Origin: an uncultured delta proteobacterium
GTDB lineage: Bacteria > Myxococcota_A > UBA9160 > UBA4427
Reading direction: 5' to 3'
NCBI GenBank assembly: GCA_963822965.1
Contig: CAWGJT010000001.1
Span: forward strand, 160,001-224,000
Length of the DNA stretch: 64,000 nt
Shown: positions 1 through 10,194 of the stretch, in pieces
How positions within the stretch are numbered: position 1 is the first letter of the stretch
Layout of the letters: each line of letters opens with the position of its first letter
Made by a program: the position numbers and the translations under genes
The notes under the pieces: generated by a model
The model's input: only the letters and a program-made list of their open reading frames with translations
Databases searched by the model: none
What the model was told of the DNA's origin: nothing

Positions 1-82
1 CAATGCGAGCCACGAGCGGCGTCGAGAGCGCAGACGCCCCGGCCGCCAACATCAGCGGAATCACGATCTCGAGCGCTTCCAA
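1..82 (-). CDS. 5' end of a membrane protein, possibly a WecA/MraY-family polyprenyl-phosphate sugar-1-P transferase (partial, runs off window)
   Basis: TTG at 82 after GAGGAAGG RBS; translates MEALEIVIPLMLAAGASALSTPLVARI, a hydrophobic start with TPLV.RI as in the MraY/WecA N-terminus; lies downstream of the EPS export operon. Confidence 0.4.
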   Translation of the reverse strand, partial: MEALEIVIPLMLAAGASALSTPLVARI

Positions 83-150
83 GCCTTCCTCACGGTTCAG
101 ACGGAGCGACCCCGGCCCGGAACGGGACGGGGTCGGGGGAACAGGATCGA

Positions 151-1002
151 TCAATAGTACGCGTAACGCTCGTGACCCATCTCGGCGCCGTTCAGCACGA
201 GCCCGACGGCTCGGCGCCGGTCGAGCACCTCCAGGGCCGCCTCCACGTCCTCGCGCGCCGTCTCGCCCGCGCGCACGACCATCAGGAAGCCGTCGCAGAG
301 CCCCACGACGATCTTCGAGTCGGGCAGCCCCAGGGTCGCCGGGGTGTCGAGGATGATCCAGTCGTAGCGCGGGGAGACGTCCTCGAGGAGCCTGCGCATC
401 TCCTGGGAGGCGAGCAGCTCGGAGGGGTTCTGCGGCTGCATGCGGACCCCGAGCAGGTCGAGGTGGGTGCCTTCCACCTTCACGATCGCCTCGGCCGGCG
501 TGCACCGCCCCATCAACACCTCCGCCAGCCCCTGTTCGGGCTCCACACCGAGGGAGCGGTGGATGGTCGGCCGGCGCATGTCGCAATCGATCAACAGGAC
601 CCGCCGCCCCACGCTCAGTGCGGTCACGATGGCCAGGTTCACCGAGACGTTGCTCTTGCCTTCGCCTGCGTTCGCGCTCGCCACGGCGATCGTGCGCAGA
701 GGCGTCTCGGCGGCCAGCGAGTCCAATCGGCTGCGCAGCATGCGGAACTGCTCCGCGATGAACGAGTCAGGCTCGAGCAACGCGATACGGCGCTTGTTGG
801 CCTCGGCGCTGGCCGTCGATCGCGACAGGCGCTTCTCGGCCGAGGTCCGGCGGCGAAGGAGATTCGCAATCCGCCCCTTCGGCCGAGGCGCCGTCTGCGG
901 CGTCGGATCCCAGTCGACGGCCGGGATGGACGCACCGCCGCCCGCGACCCTCCGCTTGCGCTCTTCCTCGGCACGTCTGAGTGCTTCGTACACCTTCGCC
1001 AT
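151..1002 (-). CDS. CpsD/CapB-family bacterial tyrosine (BY) kinase, polysaccharide biosynthesis
   Basis: AEQFRMLRS, Walker A GEGKS, LLIDCDMRRP, IILDTP, C-terminal Tyr cluster RYAYY. Confidence 0.93.
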   Translation of the reverse strand: MAKVYEALRRAEEERKRRVAGGGASIPAVDWDPTPQTAPRPKGRIANLLRRRTSAEKRLSRSTASAEANKRRIALLEPDSFIAEQFRMLRSRLDSLAAETPLRTIAVASANAGEGKSNVSVNLAIVTALSVGRRVLLIDCDMRRPTIHRSLGVEPEQGLAEVLMGRCTPAEAIVKVEGTHLDLLGVRMQPQNPSELLASQEMRRLLEDVSPRYDWIILDTPATLGLPDSKIVVGLCDGFLMVVRAGETAREDVEAALEVLDRRRAVGLVLNGAEMGHERYAYY

Positions 1003-1038
1003 GAGTACTCCCCCGACCCCTTCAGCCTGACTACCCGC

Positions 1039-1917
1039 TCAGCGGGAGAAACCGAACCATCGTCGGCGCGGCTTCGCCGCGTCGCCGGCCCGGCCACCGC
1101 CCGCATCGGCCGGAACCAGCTCCATTTCGCCCGCCACCTCGCAGATCAGCGCCGCGTCGAGCATCGGCTGCTCCCGCGAGTACGCCAGCAGGAGGGCCGA
1201 GTCGCACACGGCGTTGACCAGGCGCGGCGTTCCTCCCGTGACCGCGTACAGCTCTCGCAGCGCACCTCGCTTGAAGAGCCCCCGCCCGGTGTAGCCGGCC
1301 CGGGCGAGCCGCTCGTTCACGTACTGCCCCAGCTCCTTCTCGTCGAAGGGGCGGAGATGATGGCGCAGACCGATGCGCTGGCGCAGCTGGCGCAGCTCCG
1401 GCCGGGCCAGGAGGTCCTTCAGCTCCGGCTGGCCGACCAGCATGATCTGGATGAGCTTCGAGGTGGGGGTTTCCAGGTTCGAGAGCAGGCGGATCTCCTC
1501 GAGCAGCTCCGGAGACAGGTTCTGGGCCTCGTCCACGATCAGCAGGGTGGGCTCGTTCTTCTCCAGGCGCCGGATCAGGAACTTGTTCAGGGCCAGCAGA
1601 TAGTCGGCCTTGGTCCGGCAGGGGGTCTCGATGCCCAGCTCGTCGAAGAGCACGTGGAAGAAGTCCAGGGGCTCCAGGCGGGGGTTGAAGATGAACGCGC
1701 AGGCGGTGGTCGCGTCCAGCCGGCCGAGCAGGGCGTGCAGGAGGGTCGTCTTCCCCGTCCCGACCTCGCCGGTGATCAGCACGAATCCCTTGCCGGACTG
1801 GACGCCGTAGACGAGGGTCGCGAGCCCCTCCCGGTGCGCCTCCCCCAGGAAGAGGAAGGCGGGATCGGGCGTCAGCTCGAAGGGTCGCTTCGCGAATCCG
1901 AAATATTCGCAGTACAT
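1039..1917 (-). CDS. ExeA/GspA-like AAA ATPase (exosortase/EPS-locus associated)
   Basis: MY..YFG...RPFELTPDP start, Walker A GEVGTGKT, Walker B IVDEAQNL, LVGQPEL, TGGTPRLVN. Confidence 0.9.
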   Translation of the reverse strand: MYCEYFGFAKRPFELTPDPAFLFLGEAHREGLATLVYGVQSGKGFVLITGEVGTGKTTLLHALLGRLDATTACAFIFNPRLEPLDFFHVLFDELGIETPCRTKADYLLALNKFLIRRLEKNEPTLLIVDEAQNLSPELLEEIRLLSNLETPTSKLIQIMLVGQPELKDLLARPELRQLRQRIGLRHHLRPFDEKELGQYVNERLARAGYTGRGLFKRGALRELYAVTGGTPRLVNAVCDSALLLAYSREQPMLDAALICEVAGEMELVPADAGGGRAGDAAKPRRRWFGFSR

Positions 1918-1953
1918 CGCTTTCCCGCTCGTCTCTCTCCGTCCGCCCCGGGC

Positions 1954-3606
1954 TCAGGCCCGGTCGCCGAGATCCGTCCCGTGCGCCGCCGCCGGCCCCG
2001 GCGCCTCCGTCGGCGCCTCGACCTCGTCCCCCTGGACGATGGCCGAGAGCCAGCCCGGCAGTCCGTTCACGTACATGTAGGTGACCGCGCCGCCCACCAG
2101 GCAGAAGAACACCACGAAGCCCGCCGCCAGCAGACTCCTCACCATCCGCCGCCGGGTCGCCGCCCGATCGGACTCGAGGACGATCTCCGGGATGGCGGCC
2201 AGCACCGGAATGCTGAGGCTGGTCTGCACGTCGCGGATGACGTGGAACGAGCTGTCGGTGGCCTCGGCCAGCACCGCCCCGCCCACGCCCAGGGCGCCGC
2301 CCACGATCAGGCCCATCACGATGATCAGGAGGCGGTTCGGCGAGCTCGGCGTCGGCGCCGGGAAGGCCGCCTCCAGGATGCGGAACTGCTCGCCCAGCTG
2401 CCGCCGCTCGACGTTCACCTGGGTCTTCGCGTGGAGCTGCCGCTGGGAGAAGAGCTCGATGCTGGTGGCGAGCTGCTCGGCCCGCTGCTGGAGCTGCGAG
2501 AGCTGCTCGGCCACCTTCGGCGTCTCGGCCAGCTTGCGCTCGACCACCTCCACCTGGGCGGCGATCCGCTCGACCTCCTTGGAGGCCATCTCCGCGTCGA
2601 GCGCCGCGCGCTCCCGCTGGGCGTCCGCGTTCTGCTGCGCGACGGTGGGCGCGCGCCCGTCGCTCTCTTCGCCGTCGCTCGCCTCCACCTGCGCACGCAC
2701 CTCTTCGATCTCCTGCTGCACCTGGATGACGTCGGGGTGACGCTCGGTGAAGCCCCGGGCGCGGTACTCGGCGAGCTGCAGCTCGAGGATCTGGAGCCGA
2801 CGCATCGGGCTGGCGTCGTCCCGGGGGTCGCCCAGCGCCGCCGCCGACAGCAGCTGACTGTCCCAGAAGGACTTGTCGCTGCGCGCCATGTCGAGCTTCC
2901 GGTGCGCGTCCCGCAGCTCGGACAGGGTGCGATCGAGGATGCGCTGATTCGACTGCTGGTCCTCGGGCAGCCGCCCCAGGTTCTCGTTCTTCACCTGTCG
3001 GATCCGATCCTGGACCTCCCGGAACTCCGAGTTCAGGCGCTCGAGCTCGCCGTCGATGAATTCGAGGCTCTTCCGGGTCATCCCGACCCGCTCTTCGATG
3101 TGCTCCTTGACGAAGTCGTTGGCCAGGCGCTGCGCCACGTCCGCGGCGACCCGGGGGTTCTTGTGGGTGAACGACACCATGAAGGTGTTGAGCTCCGGCT
3201 CGTCCCGTCGCTTCGAGTTCGCGGCGACGCCCGTATCCACGGGCAGGACGGTGATGCGCGACCGCATGAGGTCGATCACCTCCTCGCGTAGCATCGTCTT
3301 CGACTCTTCCTGGTAGAGACCGAGCTCGTCGATGACCCGGGAGAGACGCGGTCGACTCAGGATCTGCGCGGTCATCAGGCTCAGGCGGTACCCGATGTCG
3401 TAGGGGGCGACGCCCGACTCGACGAGCTGCTGGTTCACGGCCTGGGGCTCGACGAAGATGGTCGCGGAGCTCTTGTAGTAGTTGGGGAGGGCCATTGCGA
3501 TCCAGTACGCGATCAGGAGGGCGCTGCCCACCACCACGACGATCATCATCAGCCGGCGCTGGATGGCTCCGAGGAGGTCGATTTGGAGTCCGGGATCGAG
3601 GTTCAT
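1954..3606 (-). CDS. Polysaccharide co-polymerase / chain-length determinant (Wzz/GumC/Wzc-N)
   Basis: N-terminal TM then PNYYKSSATIFV, long coiled coil, Pro-rich PAPTPSSPNR before second TM, IPVLAAIP. Confidence 0.88.
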   Translation of the reverse strand: MNLDPGLQIDLLGAIQRRLMMIVVVVGSALLIAYWIAMALPNYYKSSATIFVEPQAVNQQLVESGVAPYDIGYRLSLMTAQILSRPRLSRVIDELGLYQEESKTMLREEVIDLMRSRITVLPVDTGVAANSKRRDEPELNTFMVSFTHKNPRVAADVAQRLANDFVKEHIEERVGMTRKSLEFIDGELERLNSEFREVQDRIRQVKNENLGRLPEDQQSNQRILDRTLSELRDAHRKLDMARSDKSFWDSQLLSAAALGDPRDDASPMRRLQILELQLAEYRARGFTERHPDVIQVQQEIEEVRAQVEASDGEESDGRAPTVAQQNADAQRERAALDAEMASKEVERIAAQVEVVERKLAETPKVAEQLSQLQQRAEQLATSIELFSQRQLHAKTQVNVERRQLGEQFRILEAAFPAPTPSSPNRLLIIVMGLIVGGALGVGGAVLAEATDSSFHVIRDVQTSLSIPVLAAIPEIVLESDRAATRRRMVRSLLAAGFVVFFCLVGGAVTYMYVNGLPGWLSAIVQGDEVEAPTEAPGPAAAHGTDLGDRA

Positions 3607-3619
3607 GCTGCTGTCCGTC

Positions 3620-4888
3620 CTAGTAGCGAATCGGGTCGAGCTCGTAGTCGAGACCCACGATGATGCTATACGTGTCGTAGTTGCTCGGAAGCCTGCTCTC
3701 GTTCTTGATGTCCTGCTTCTGCGTCCGGTAGGAGGCGTTGAGGAAGACGGACAGCCGCTCGAGCACCCGGTGGCGCAACGCGCCTGCCGCGATCCAGGTC
3801 GTGGTGTCCGTCGACGACCGGCCTCCGTCGAACTGCCGGACGCCCTGCTGGGTGCGCTGGATCCAACTCCCCCGCACGCCGACGTCCCAGAGGCGCGCGA
3901 ACTGCCAGCTCACCCGGGCCACCAAGGAGTCGTTGACCGTCGAGGACCCGGCGTTTCCGAGGCCCTCGGACCGCGAATAGCGCACCGACGAGGCGACGTG
4001 CTGCCACCGCTTCCCCAACGACCCCTCGGCGAACCAGGTCGTCTGGCTCTGGTGAACCGGCCGGAAGATGCCCTTGCTCGGGTCGCACGAGAAGACCGTC
4101 GTCTCGAGCTGCGCTGGACCGGCCCGCAGCTCCAGCTTCGCGGTGGGGTCGATCTGGTAGCTGCCCGACGCGAAGAACGAGTAGGCCAACGTACGCGACC
4201 CGGGCCCGTGGGAGTTGCAGACAGGCGCCACCTCGCTGGGATCGTCGAAGCTCCGGTAGGAGACCGAGCCTCCTCCCCCCAGGCTCAGGCGCGGGGTGAT
4301 GGCTCGATAGACACCGGCCTGACCGGCCAGGTAGTCGTTGTCGTCCTCGTTCGAGCGCTTGTACCGGTTGATCGAGTACTGGGTGTTGCCCCAGAGGGTG
4401 GTGAGGGGATCCAGCAGGTGTGTGCCGGCCAGCGAAGCGGTGTTCGTGAGGATGCGCCGGTTGCTGTCGTCCACGTTCGCATCGGGGGGCGGATTGTCGG
4501 GGCCGTAGACGATCTGCTCCAGGAGAGAGAAGTCCTCCGCCACGGTGAGACGGGTGCGTGGCGAGAAGACGTAGGTGCCTTCCGCATGGGCGCGCTGGTT
4601 CCAGAGGTTCTTGGCCTGGCCGGCGGTGTTGACGATGTACAACGGCGCATACCGCACCCGGTAGGAGCCGAACTCGAGCTCGTCCTTCGCCTCGCCCCAG
4701 GCCTCGAGGTGGATCACGCCCGAGTCGACCCGCTCCGAGTTCCGCCGGTTGAAGACGTTCGAGTTGTACCCGGTGCTGAGGCCCGCCCCGAGGTCCACCT
4801 CACCCGCCGCCACGAGCCGCGGCGCCAGCATCCCCACCAGGAGGAGCCACACCGCGAGCGCGCTTCTGCATGTCGTCTCCGATCCCAT
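3620..4888 (-). CDS. Outer-membrane beta-barrel protein associated with polysaccharide export
   Basis: Probable start ATG 4888; signal peptide, alternating amphipathic strands rich in Y/F/W, YNSNVF motif, C-terminal aromatic residue; lies between OPX and PCP genes. Confidence 0.7.
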   Translation of the reverse strand: MGSETTCRSALAVWLLLVGMLAPRLVAAGEVDLGAGLSTGYNSNVFNRRNSERVDSGVIHLEAWGEAKDELEFGSYRVRYAPLYIVNTAGQAKNLWNQRAHAEGTYVFSPRTRLTVAEDFSLLEQIVYGPDNPPPDANVDDSNRRILTNTASLAGTHLLDPLTTLWGNTQYSINRYKRSNEDDNDYLAGQAGVYRAITPRLSLGGGGSVSYRSFDDPSEVAPVCNSHGPGSRTLAYSFFASGSYQIDPTAKLELRAGPAQLETTVFSCDPSKGIFRPVHQSQTTWFAEGSLGKRWQHVASSVRYSRSEGLGNAGSSTVNDSLVARVSWQFARLWDVGVRGSWIQRTQQGVRQFDGGRSSTDTTTWIAAGALRHRVLERLSVFLNASYRTQKQDIKNESRLPSNYDTYSIIVGLDYELDPIRY

Positions 4889-4898
4889 GCGCGTCCGA

Positions 4899-5501
4899 TC
4901 AGTCCGGTACCACGATCGTGTCGCCGGCGCGGAGCACGATGTTGGACTCGGGCGCCTTGCCGGCCAGATAGGCGCCATAGTCGAAGCGATACTCCACGAG
5001 ACCCTGCGGCGTCGGTCGCAGGATCTTCACGTCGTCCTTCTTCGCCCAGACCGAGAAGCCGCCGGCGCGGGCAATGGCCTGCAACACCCGGGTCTCCCGC
5101 TGGAGCGGGATCTCGCCGTTGCGCGCGACCGCGCCCATGATCGAGACGGTGTTGCTGTTCATGCCCTGCACGATCACGGTCACGTCCGGGTTCGCGATGT
5201 ACTCCGAGAGCGCCTCGGTGAGGACCTCCTTCAGCTCCTGGGCGGTCAGGCCCTCGGCCTGGACGTCGTCGAGCAGGGGCACCGAGATCATTCCGTCGCT
5301 TCGCACCACGACCTGGCTGGTGAGCTCCGGGTTCTTCCACACGGTGATCATCAGCTGGTCGGTCACGCCGATCACGTAGGGCTCCCGCTCGCCGACGCTG
5401 GGCGGCGGCTCGGGCAGGGGCGGCGGCTCGACGCACGCCGTCCCGGCGAGCAGTGCGAAGACGATCCCCAGCTGCAAGAGCGCTCGTCCTCCCCTCTTCA
5501 T
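4899..5501 (-). CDS. Polysaccharide export (OPX/Wza-like) lipoprotein, short form (Poly_export + SLBB)
   Basis: Lipobox-like LAGTAC, YVIGVTD, VRSDGMISVPLLDDV, GLT..EL, ends at GDTIVVPD; RBS GAGGAAG before ATG 5501. Confidence 0.9.
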   Translation of the reverse strand: MKRGGRALLQLGIVFALLAGTACVEPPPLPEPPPSVGEREPYVIGVTDQLMITVWKNPELTSQVVVRSDGMISVPLLDDVQAEGLTAQELKEVLTEALSEYIANPDVTVIVQGMNSNTVSIMGAVARNGEIPLQRETRVLQAIARAGGFSVWAKKDDVKILRPTPQGLVEYRFDYGAYLAGKAPESNIVLRAGDTIVVPD

Positions 5502-5526
5502 CGTGGCTTCCTCCCTTGCGACATGC

Positions 5527-6945
5527 CTAGCGCCCCTCACTGAGCCCGTTCTCCTTCATCTTGTAGAGGAGCGCCTTGTAGGAGATCTGGAGGCGCTCGG
5601 CAGCCTCCTTCCGGTTCCAGCGCGTCTGGTGGAGCACGCGCTCGATCACACGCTTCTCGGCGATCTGCGCCGCCCGCTTCGAGATCGCCTTGAGGTCGAG
5701 GCTCTGCCCGGTGGAGAAATCGGCTCCCAGGGCGGCGAGATCCAGGCCGTCGCCGTCCGATTCCTCCTCGATGGATGCCTCCCGCATCGCGATCTCCTGC
5801 AGGACGGCGGACTCGTTGCCGAGCACGACCATGCGCTTCACCATGTTCTCCAGCTCTCGGACGTTGCCCGGCCAGTGGTAGTTCATCATCACTTCCAGGG
5901 TCTTGTCGGACAGCTGGGGCTGATTCTTGCGGTACTGCTCGTTGTACTTCCGCAGGAAGTTGTCGACGAGCAGCGGAATCGTGTCCGTCCGGTCGCGCAG
6001 GGGCGGAATGTGGATGGTCATGACGTTCAGCCGGTAGTAGAGGTCTTCGCGGAACGCCCCCTCGCGCACCGCCTGCTCGAGATTCCGGTTGGTCGCCGCG
6101 ATGATCCGTGTGTCGACCTTGACGTCGCTCTCGCCGCCGAGCCGGGAGAACTCGCCGTCCTGCAGCACCTGCAGGAGCTTCGCCTGCAGCCCCGGGTGCA
6201 TCTCGCTGATCTCGTCGAGAAAGATGGTGCCGTGGTTCGCGTACTCGAACTTGCCGAGCTTGCGCTTCTGGGCCCCGGTGAAGGCCCCCTTCTCGAAACC
6301 GAACAGCTCGCTCTCGAGCAGCTCCGAGGGCAGCGCCGCACAGTTCACCTTCACGAACGGCCGGCCGCTACGGCCGGAAATCTGATACAGACCGCGCGCG
6401 ACGATCTCCTTACCGGTGCCGCTCTCCCCACGGACGAGGACGGTGATGTCGGTGTCCGCGACCTGCTCGATGATCTCGCGGACCTCCTGCATCTTCGGGT
6501 TGTCGCCCAGGAGGCCCAGGGTGTCGGTCTCCGTCCGCACGCGGCCGCGGAGGTTCTCGACCTCTTCCTTGAGGGCGTGGGTCTCCAGCGCCTTCTGGAA
6601 GGCCAGCTCGAGCTCTTCCACCTCGAAGGGCTTGCGCAGGAAGTCCGACGCGCCGAGGCGCATGGCCTCCACGATCGTTCGCGCCTGGCCGTGGCCGGAG
6701 AGCATGATCACCGGGATGTCGGGGATGAGCTTCTTCATCTGGCGCAGGGTCTCGAGACCGTCCATCCCCGGAAGCACCGCATCGAGGGTCACGATGTCGG
6801 GACGCGAGTCCGAGAGGCTCGCGATCGCCTCCTCGCCGTCGGCCGCGGCACTCACGTGATACCCCTGCCGCTCGCCGAGCGCGGTGAGGTACTCGCGGAT
6901 ACCGGGGTCGTCGTCGATCACCAGGACTCGGAATCGTTCGGCCAT
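5527..6945 (-). CDS. Sigma54-dependent response regulator (REC-AAA+-Fis HTH)
   Basis: REC domain (VLVIDDD...LDAVLPGMDG), GESGTGKE, GAFTGA, FLDEISE, WPGNVRELEN, C-terminal HTH. Confidence 0.95.
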   Translation of the reverse strand: MAERFRVLVIDDDPGIREYLTALGERQGYHVSAAADGEEAIASLSDSRPDIVTLDAVLPGMDGLETLRQMKKLIPDIPVIMLSGHGQARTIVEAMRLGASDFLRKPFEVEELELAFQKALETHALKEEVENLRGRVRTETDTLGLLGDNPKMQEVREIIEQVADTDITVLVRGESGTGKEIVARGLYQISGRSGRPFVKVNCAALPSELLESELFGFEKGAFTGAQKRKLGKFEYANHGTIFLDEISEMHPGLQAKLLQVLQDGEFSRLGGESDVKVDTRIIAATNRNLEQAVREGAFREDLYYRLNVMTIHIPPLRDRTDTIPLLVDNFLRKYNEQYRKNQPQLSDKTLEVMMNYHWPGNVRELENMVKRMVVLGNESAVLQEIAMREASIEEESDGDGLDLAALGADFSTGQSLDLKAISKRAAQIAEKRVIERVLHQTRWNRKEAAERLQISYKALLYKMKENGLSEGR

Positions 6946-7460
6946 GAATTTCCCCACCCCTCCCCGCCCGCAAGCGGGGGGCCTCGGCACTCACGCTCCG
7001 CGCGCGAGCTCGGATCCCACCGCGATGCGCGGCCCCGCCGCGACACCCCCCCCCGCATTGCGCGAGGGGCCGCTCGTGGCGCCGCACGAAGGATTGCCCG
7101 GTCGAACGCCGTTGCGCGGGTCCGCTCGAGAGTGTTCACTCAATGTGTAATAAACTTCCTCAATTGAGAAGAACAATCCCAGTATGGGAAAGTATGTTCC
7201 CTCTTCGACCGACGGCGTGGCAAGCTATTCCTCTTTTTTTCTCGGGCCGGCGGGACGATCCCTCAACGGATGCCGGATGAATCCCCGAAGGGGCGACACA
7301 TTGGGGCATGAGGCGGCCACCAACGAGTCGAGTGGTGGACCGGGTTACCCCGGGGGACGTCGATCCCCGGCCGGGACACTCCCCTAGAATCGCGAATCGC
7401 CCGACGATCGCGGAGAGCCGGACGCGGCGGCGCGCGGCTCCGAAACGGAGAAGCACACGA

Positions 7461-8576
7461 GTGGAACGGTCGAAGATCCACATCCTCGCGGTCGTCGGCG
7501 CGCGGCCGAACTTCATGAAGATCGCGCCGCTGCTCCGGGAGCTGCGCGGGCGGGAGCGATTCGACACCACCCTGGTGCACACGGGCCAGCACTACGACGC
7601 CGCCATGTCGGCGGACTTCTTTCGCGACCTCGGGATCCCCGAGCCCGACGTGAACCTCGCGGTGGGCTCGGGCTCCCATGCCGAGCAGACTGCCCAGGTG
7701 ATGGTCGGAATCGAGAAGCTCCTGATCGACCGGCGACCGGACGCGGTCCTCCTCGTCGGGGACGTGAACTCGACGGTGGCGGCGAGCCTCGCCGCCGCGA
7801 AGCTGCTCGTTCCGGTGGCCCACGTGGAGGCGGGGCTGCGATCCGGGGACCGGACGATGCCCGAAGAGATCAACCGCCTCGTCACCGACGCGCTCTCCAC
7901 CTGGTGCTTCACCACGGAGCCCGCAGGCGACGAGAACCTGCGGCGCGAGGGCGTGGACGCCTCGAAGATCCACCACGTCGGCAACGTGATGATCGACAGC
8001 CTGCGTGCCAACGAGGCGCGCGCACGCGACCTCGACACCCTCGAGCGCCTCGGCCTCGAGCCCCGGGGCTATGCGCTGCTCACCCTGCACCGTCCGAGCA
8101 ACGTCGACGACCCGCGCAAGCTGCGCGCCCTCTTCGAGGTGCTCGAGGAGATCCACCGCGAGCTGCCGGTGGTCTTCCCCGTGCATCCGAGGACGAGCGC
8201 GGCCATCGAGCGGCTGCTGGGCGGTCACGCGCCGGTGCTGCGCCTGCTGGCACCCCAGGGCTATCTCGACTTCCTGCGCCTGATGTCCGAGGCGCGGCTG
8301 GTGCTGACCGACTCGGGCGGCATCCAGGAGGAGACCACGGCCCTCGGTGTGCCGTGCCTCACCCTGCGCGACAACACGGAGCGTCCGATCACGGTGACGG
8401 AGGGAACCAACCTCCTGGTCGGCTCGGACGCCGAAGCGGTGCGCCGGGCCGCCCGGAGGATCCTCGACGGCGAGGCCTGCAAGGGCCGCGTGCCGGAGCT
8501 CTGGGACGGACATGCGGCGGTCCGCATCGCCGACGTCCTCGAGCGGGACCTGGGTGGCGGAGCGAGCGCGGGATGA
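7461..8576 (+). CDS. wecB: UDP-N-acetylglucosamine 2-epimerase (non-hydrolysing)
   Basis: VVGARPNFMK, HTGQHYD, HVEAGLRS, PEEINR, TDSGGIQEE, LRDNTERP; GTG start at 7461 after GGAG. Confidence 0.95.
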   Translation: MERSKIHILAVVGARPNFMKIAPLLRELRGRERFDTTLVHTGQHYDAAMSADFFRDLGIPEPDVNLAVGSGSHAEQTAQVMVGIEKLLIDRRPDAVLLVGDVNSTVAASLAAAKLLVPVAHVEAGLRSGDRTMPEEINRLVTDALSTWCFTTEPAGDENLRREGVDASKIHHVGNVMIDSLRANEARARDLDTLERLGLEPRGYALLTLHRPSNVDDPRKLRALFEVLEEIHRELPVVFPVHPRTSAAIERLLGGHAPVLRLLAPQGYLDFLRLMSEARLVLTDSGGIQEETTALGVPCLTLRDNTERPITVTEGTNLLVGSDAEAVRRAARRILDGEACKGRVPELWDGHAAVRIADVLERDLGGGASAG

Positions 8577-9490
8577 GCACCAGGGCGACGCCTGCCGCCC
8601 CGACGACGCTCGACGCCGGGCGAGGGCTCTCCCGGCACGCGCGCATCCGGATCGGCTTCGCGCTGATCGCCCTGCTCGTCCTCGTCTACGCCCCGATCCT
8701 GTATCGCATGGTGCTGCACTGGAAGATCGTGCCGGACTATTCGCACGGGTTCCTGGTGGCTCCCCTCGCTGTCTACTTCGCCTGGGAGCACAAGCGCGAG
8801 CTGGCCCGGGCGCGGATCGAGGGCAGCTGGTGGGGAGTGCTGCCGCTCTCGCTGGGCGTCACCTCCCTGGCGATCGGACGCCTCGGCGTGGAGCTCACCG
8901 CCATGCGATCGGGCTTCGTGCTGAGCCTGGTCGGCCTGGTCCTGCTGCTCTTCGGGCGGGAGGTGTTCCGCATCCTCTCCTTCCCGTTGTTCTTCCTCTT
9001 CCTGATGGTGCCGCTCCCCCAGTCCCTGGTGAACGTGGTGGCCTTCCCGCTGCAGCTCGTCGCGGCGCGCGCCGCCGTGGGAGCCCTCCACGTCCTGCAG
9101 GTGCCCGCGCTCGTCGAGGGCAACATCATCCACCTGGCCCACGCGAGGCTCTTCGTCGAGGAGGCCTGCAGTGGGCTGCGGTCGCTGATGGCCCTCCTCA
9201 CCCTGGGCGTCGTGCTCGCGCACTTCTTCCGGCGCAACAACCTGGACCGCTTGATCCTCGTCGCGTCGACGCTCCCCATCGCGATCGCCGTCAACGCGGT
9301 GCGCGTGGCGCTCACGGGCATCCTCACCCACCGCTACGGCGAGGCGGCCGCCTCCGGGTTCATCCACGACTTCCAGGGCCTCATCACGTTCGCGCTGGCC
9401 TTCCTGGTGCTGCTGGGCGAGGCGAGCGCCCTCGGCTGGCTTCGCGGCGACGACGGCAGCCCTCGCCTGGCGCCCCGGAGCGTCACATGA
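8573..9490 (+). CDS. Exosortase (EpsH family transpeptidase)
   Basis: Multi-TM protein; YSHGFLV, catalytic EACSGLRSL, N..RV, H..G (IHDFQG); ATG overlaps the wecB stop. Confidence 0.92.
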   Translation: MSTRATPAAPTTLDAGRGLSRHARIRIGFALIALLVLVYAPILYRMVLHWKIVPDYSHGFLVAPLAVYFAWEHKRELARARIEGSWWGVLPLSLGVTSLAIGRLGVELTAMRSGFVLSLVGLVLLLFGREVFRILSFPLFFLFLMVPLPQSLVNVVAFPLQLVAARAAVGALHVLQVPALVEGNIIHLAHARLFVEEACSGLRSLMALLTLGVVLAHFFRRNNLDRLILVASTLPIAIAVNAVRVALTGILTHRYGEAAASGFIHDFQGLITFALAFLVLLGEASALGWLRGDDGSPRLAPRSVT

Positions 9491-10194
9491 CCCGGATCGC
9501 GGTCGCTCTCGCCTTCCTCGGCCTGAACTTCTACGTCTACCGGTTCCTGGCGAACGACGAGGTGATCCCGGCCCGCCAGCGCTTCGCCGACTTCCCCCTC
9601 GAGATCGGCGCCTGGCACTGCCCCGGACGCGACGAGATGGACCCGAAGTCGCTCCGCATCCTGGGGGCCACGGACTACCTGCTGTGCAGCTACTTCGAGG
9701 GCGAGGGCCCGGAGAGGGCCGAGGCCTTCGAGCCCGAGCCCGAGGCCGTCTCCGTCTACGTCGGCTACCACGAGTCCCAGGTCCGCCAGGCCGACGGCGG
9801 CGGCGAGACGGTGATCCACCCGCCCGAGCACTGCCTGCCGGGCGCCGGATGGGGGATCATCGACTCGAGCCGCCGGCCCATCGGCTTCGAGGGACTGCCG
9901 GAAGCCCACGGTCTGCGCGACGACGGCCCCCGGGCCAAGCGCTTCGTGATCGCCAAGGGCGATGAGCGGCAGCTGGTGTACTTCTGGTACCAGGGCCAGG
10001 GGCGGGTCGTCACGGCGAACGAGGACGTCATCCTCTTCCGCTTCTGGGACCGGGCCACCGCGGGCCGCACGGACGGCGCGCTGGTGCGCTTCACCACCCC
10101 GATCTACCGGGACGACCTCGAGGGCGCCGAGGGGCGGATCGCCCGCCTGGCGTCGGTGCTCGTTCCCCTGCTTCCGCCCTACGTGCCCGAATGA
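9487..10194 (+). CDS. EpsI-family exosortase-associated protein
   Basis: N-terminal TM, FP..IG.W, LGATDYL, VYVGYH, IHPPEHCLPGAGW, VYFWYQ, RTDGALVR. Confidence 0.88.
   Translation: MTRIAVALAFLGLNFYVYRFLANDEVIPARQRFADFPLEIGAWHCPGRDEMDPKSLRILGATDYLLCSYFEGEGPERAEAFEPEPEAVSVYVGYHESQVRQADGGGETVIHPPEHCLPGAGWGIIDSSRRPIGFEGLPEAHGLRDDGPRAKRFVIAKGDERQLVYFWYQGQGRVVTANEDVILFRFWDRATAGRTDGALVRFTTPIYRDDLEGAEGRIARLASVLVPLLPPYVPE

Noticed and set aside
7219..7233. TGGCAAGCTATTCCT as a sigma54 promoter for the wecB operon
   Set aside because: The -24 box is good, but the -12 position reads TCCT rather than TTGC at the required spacing
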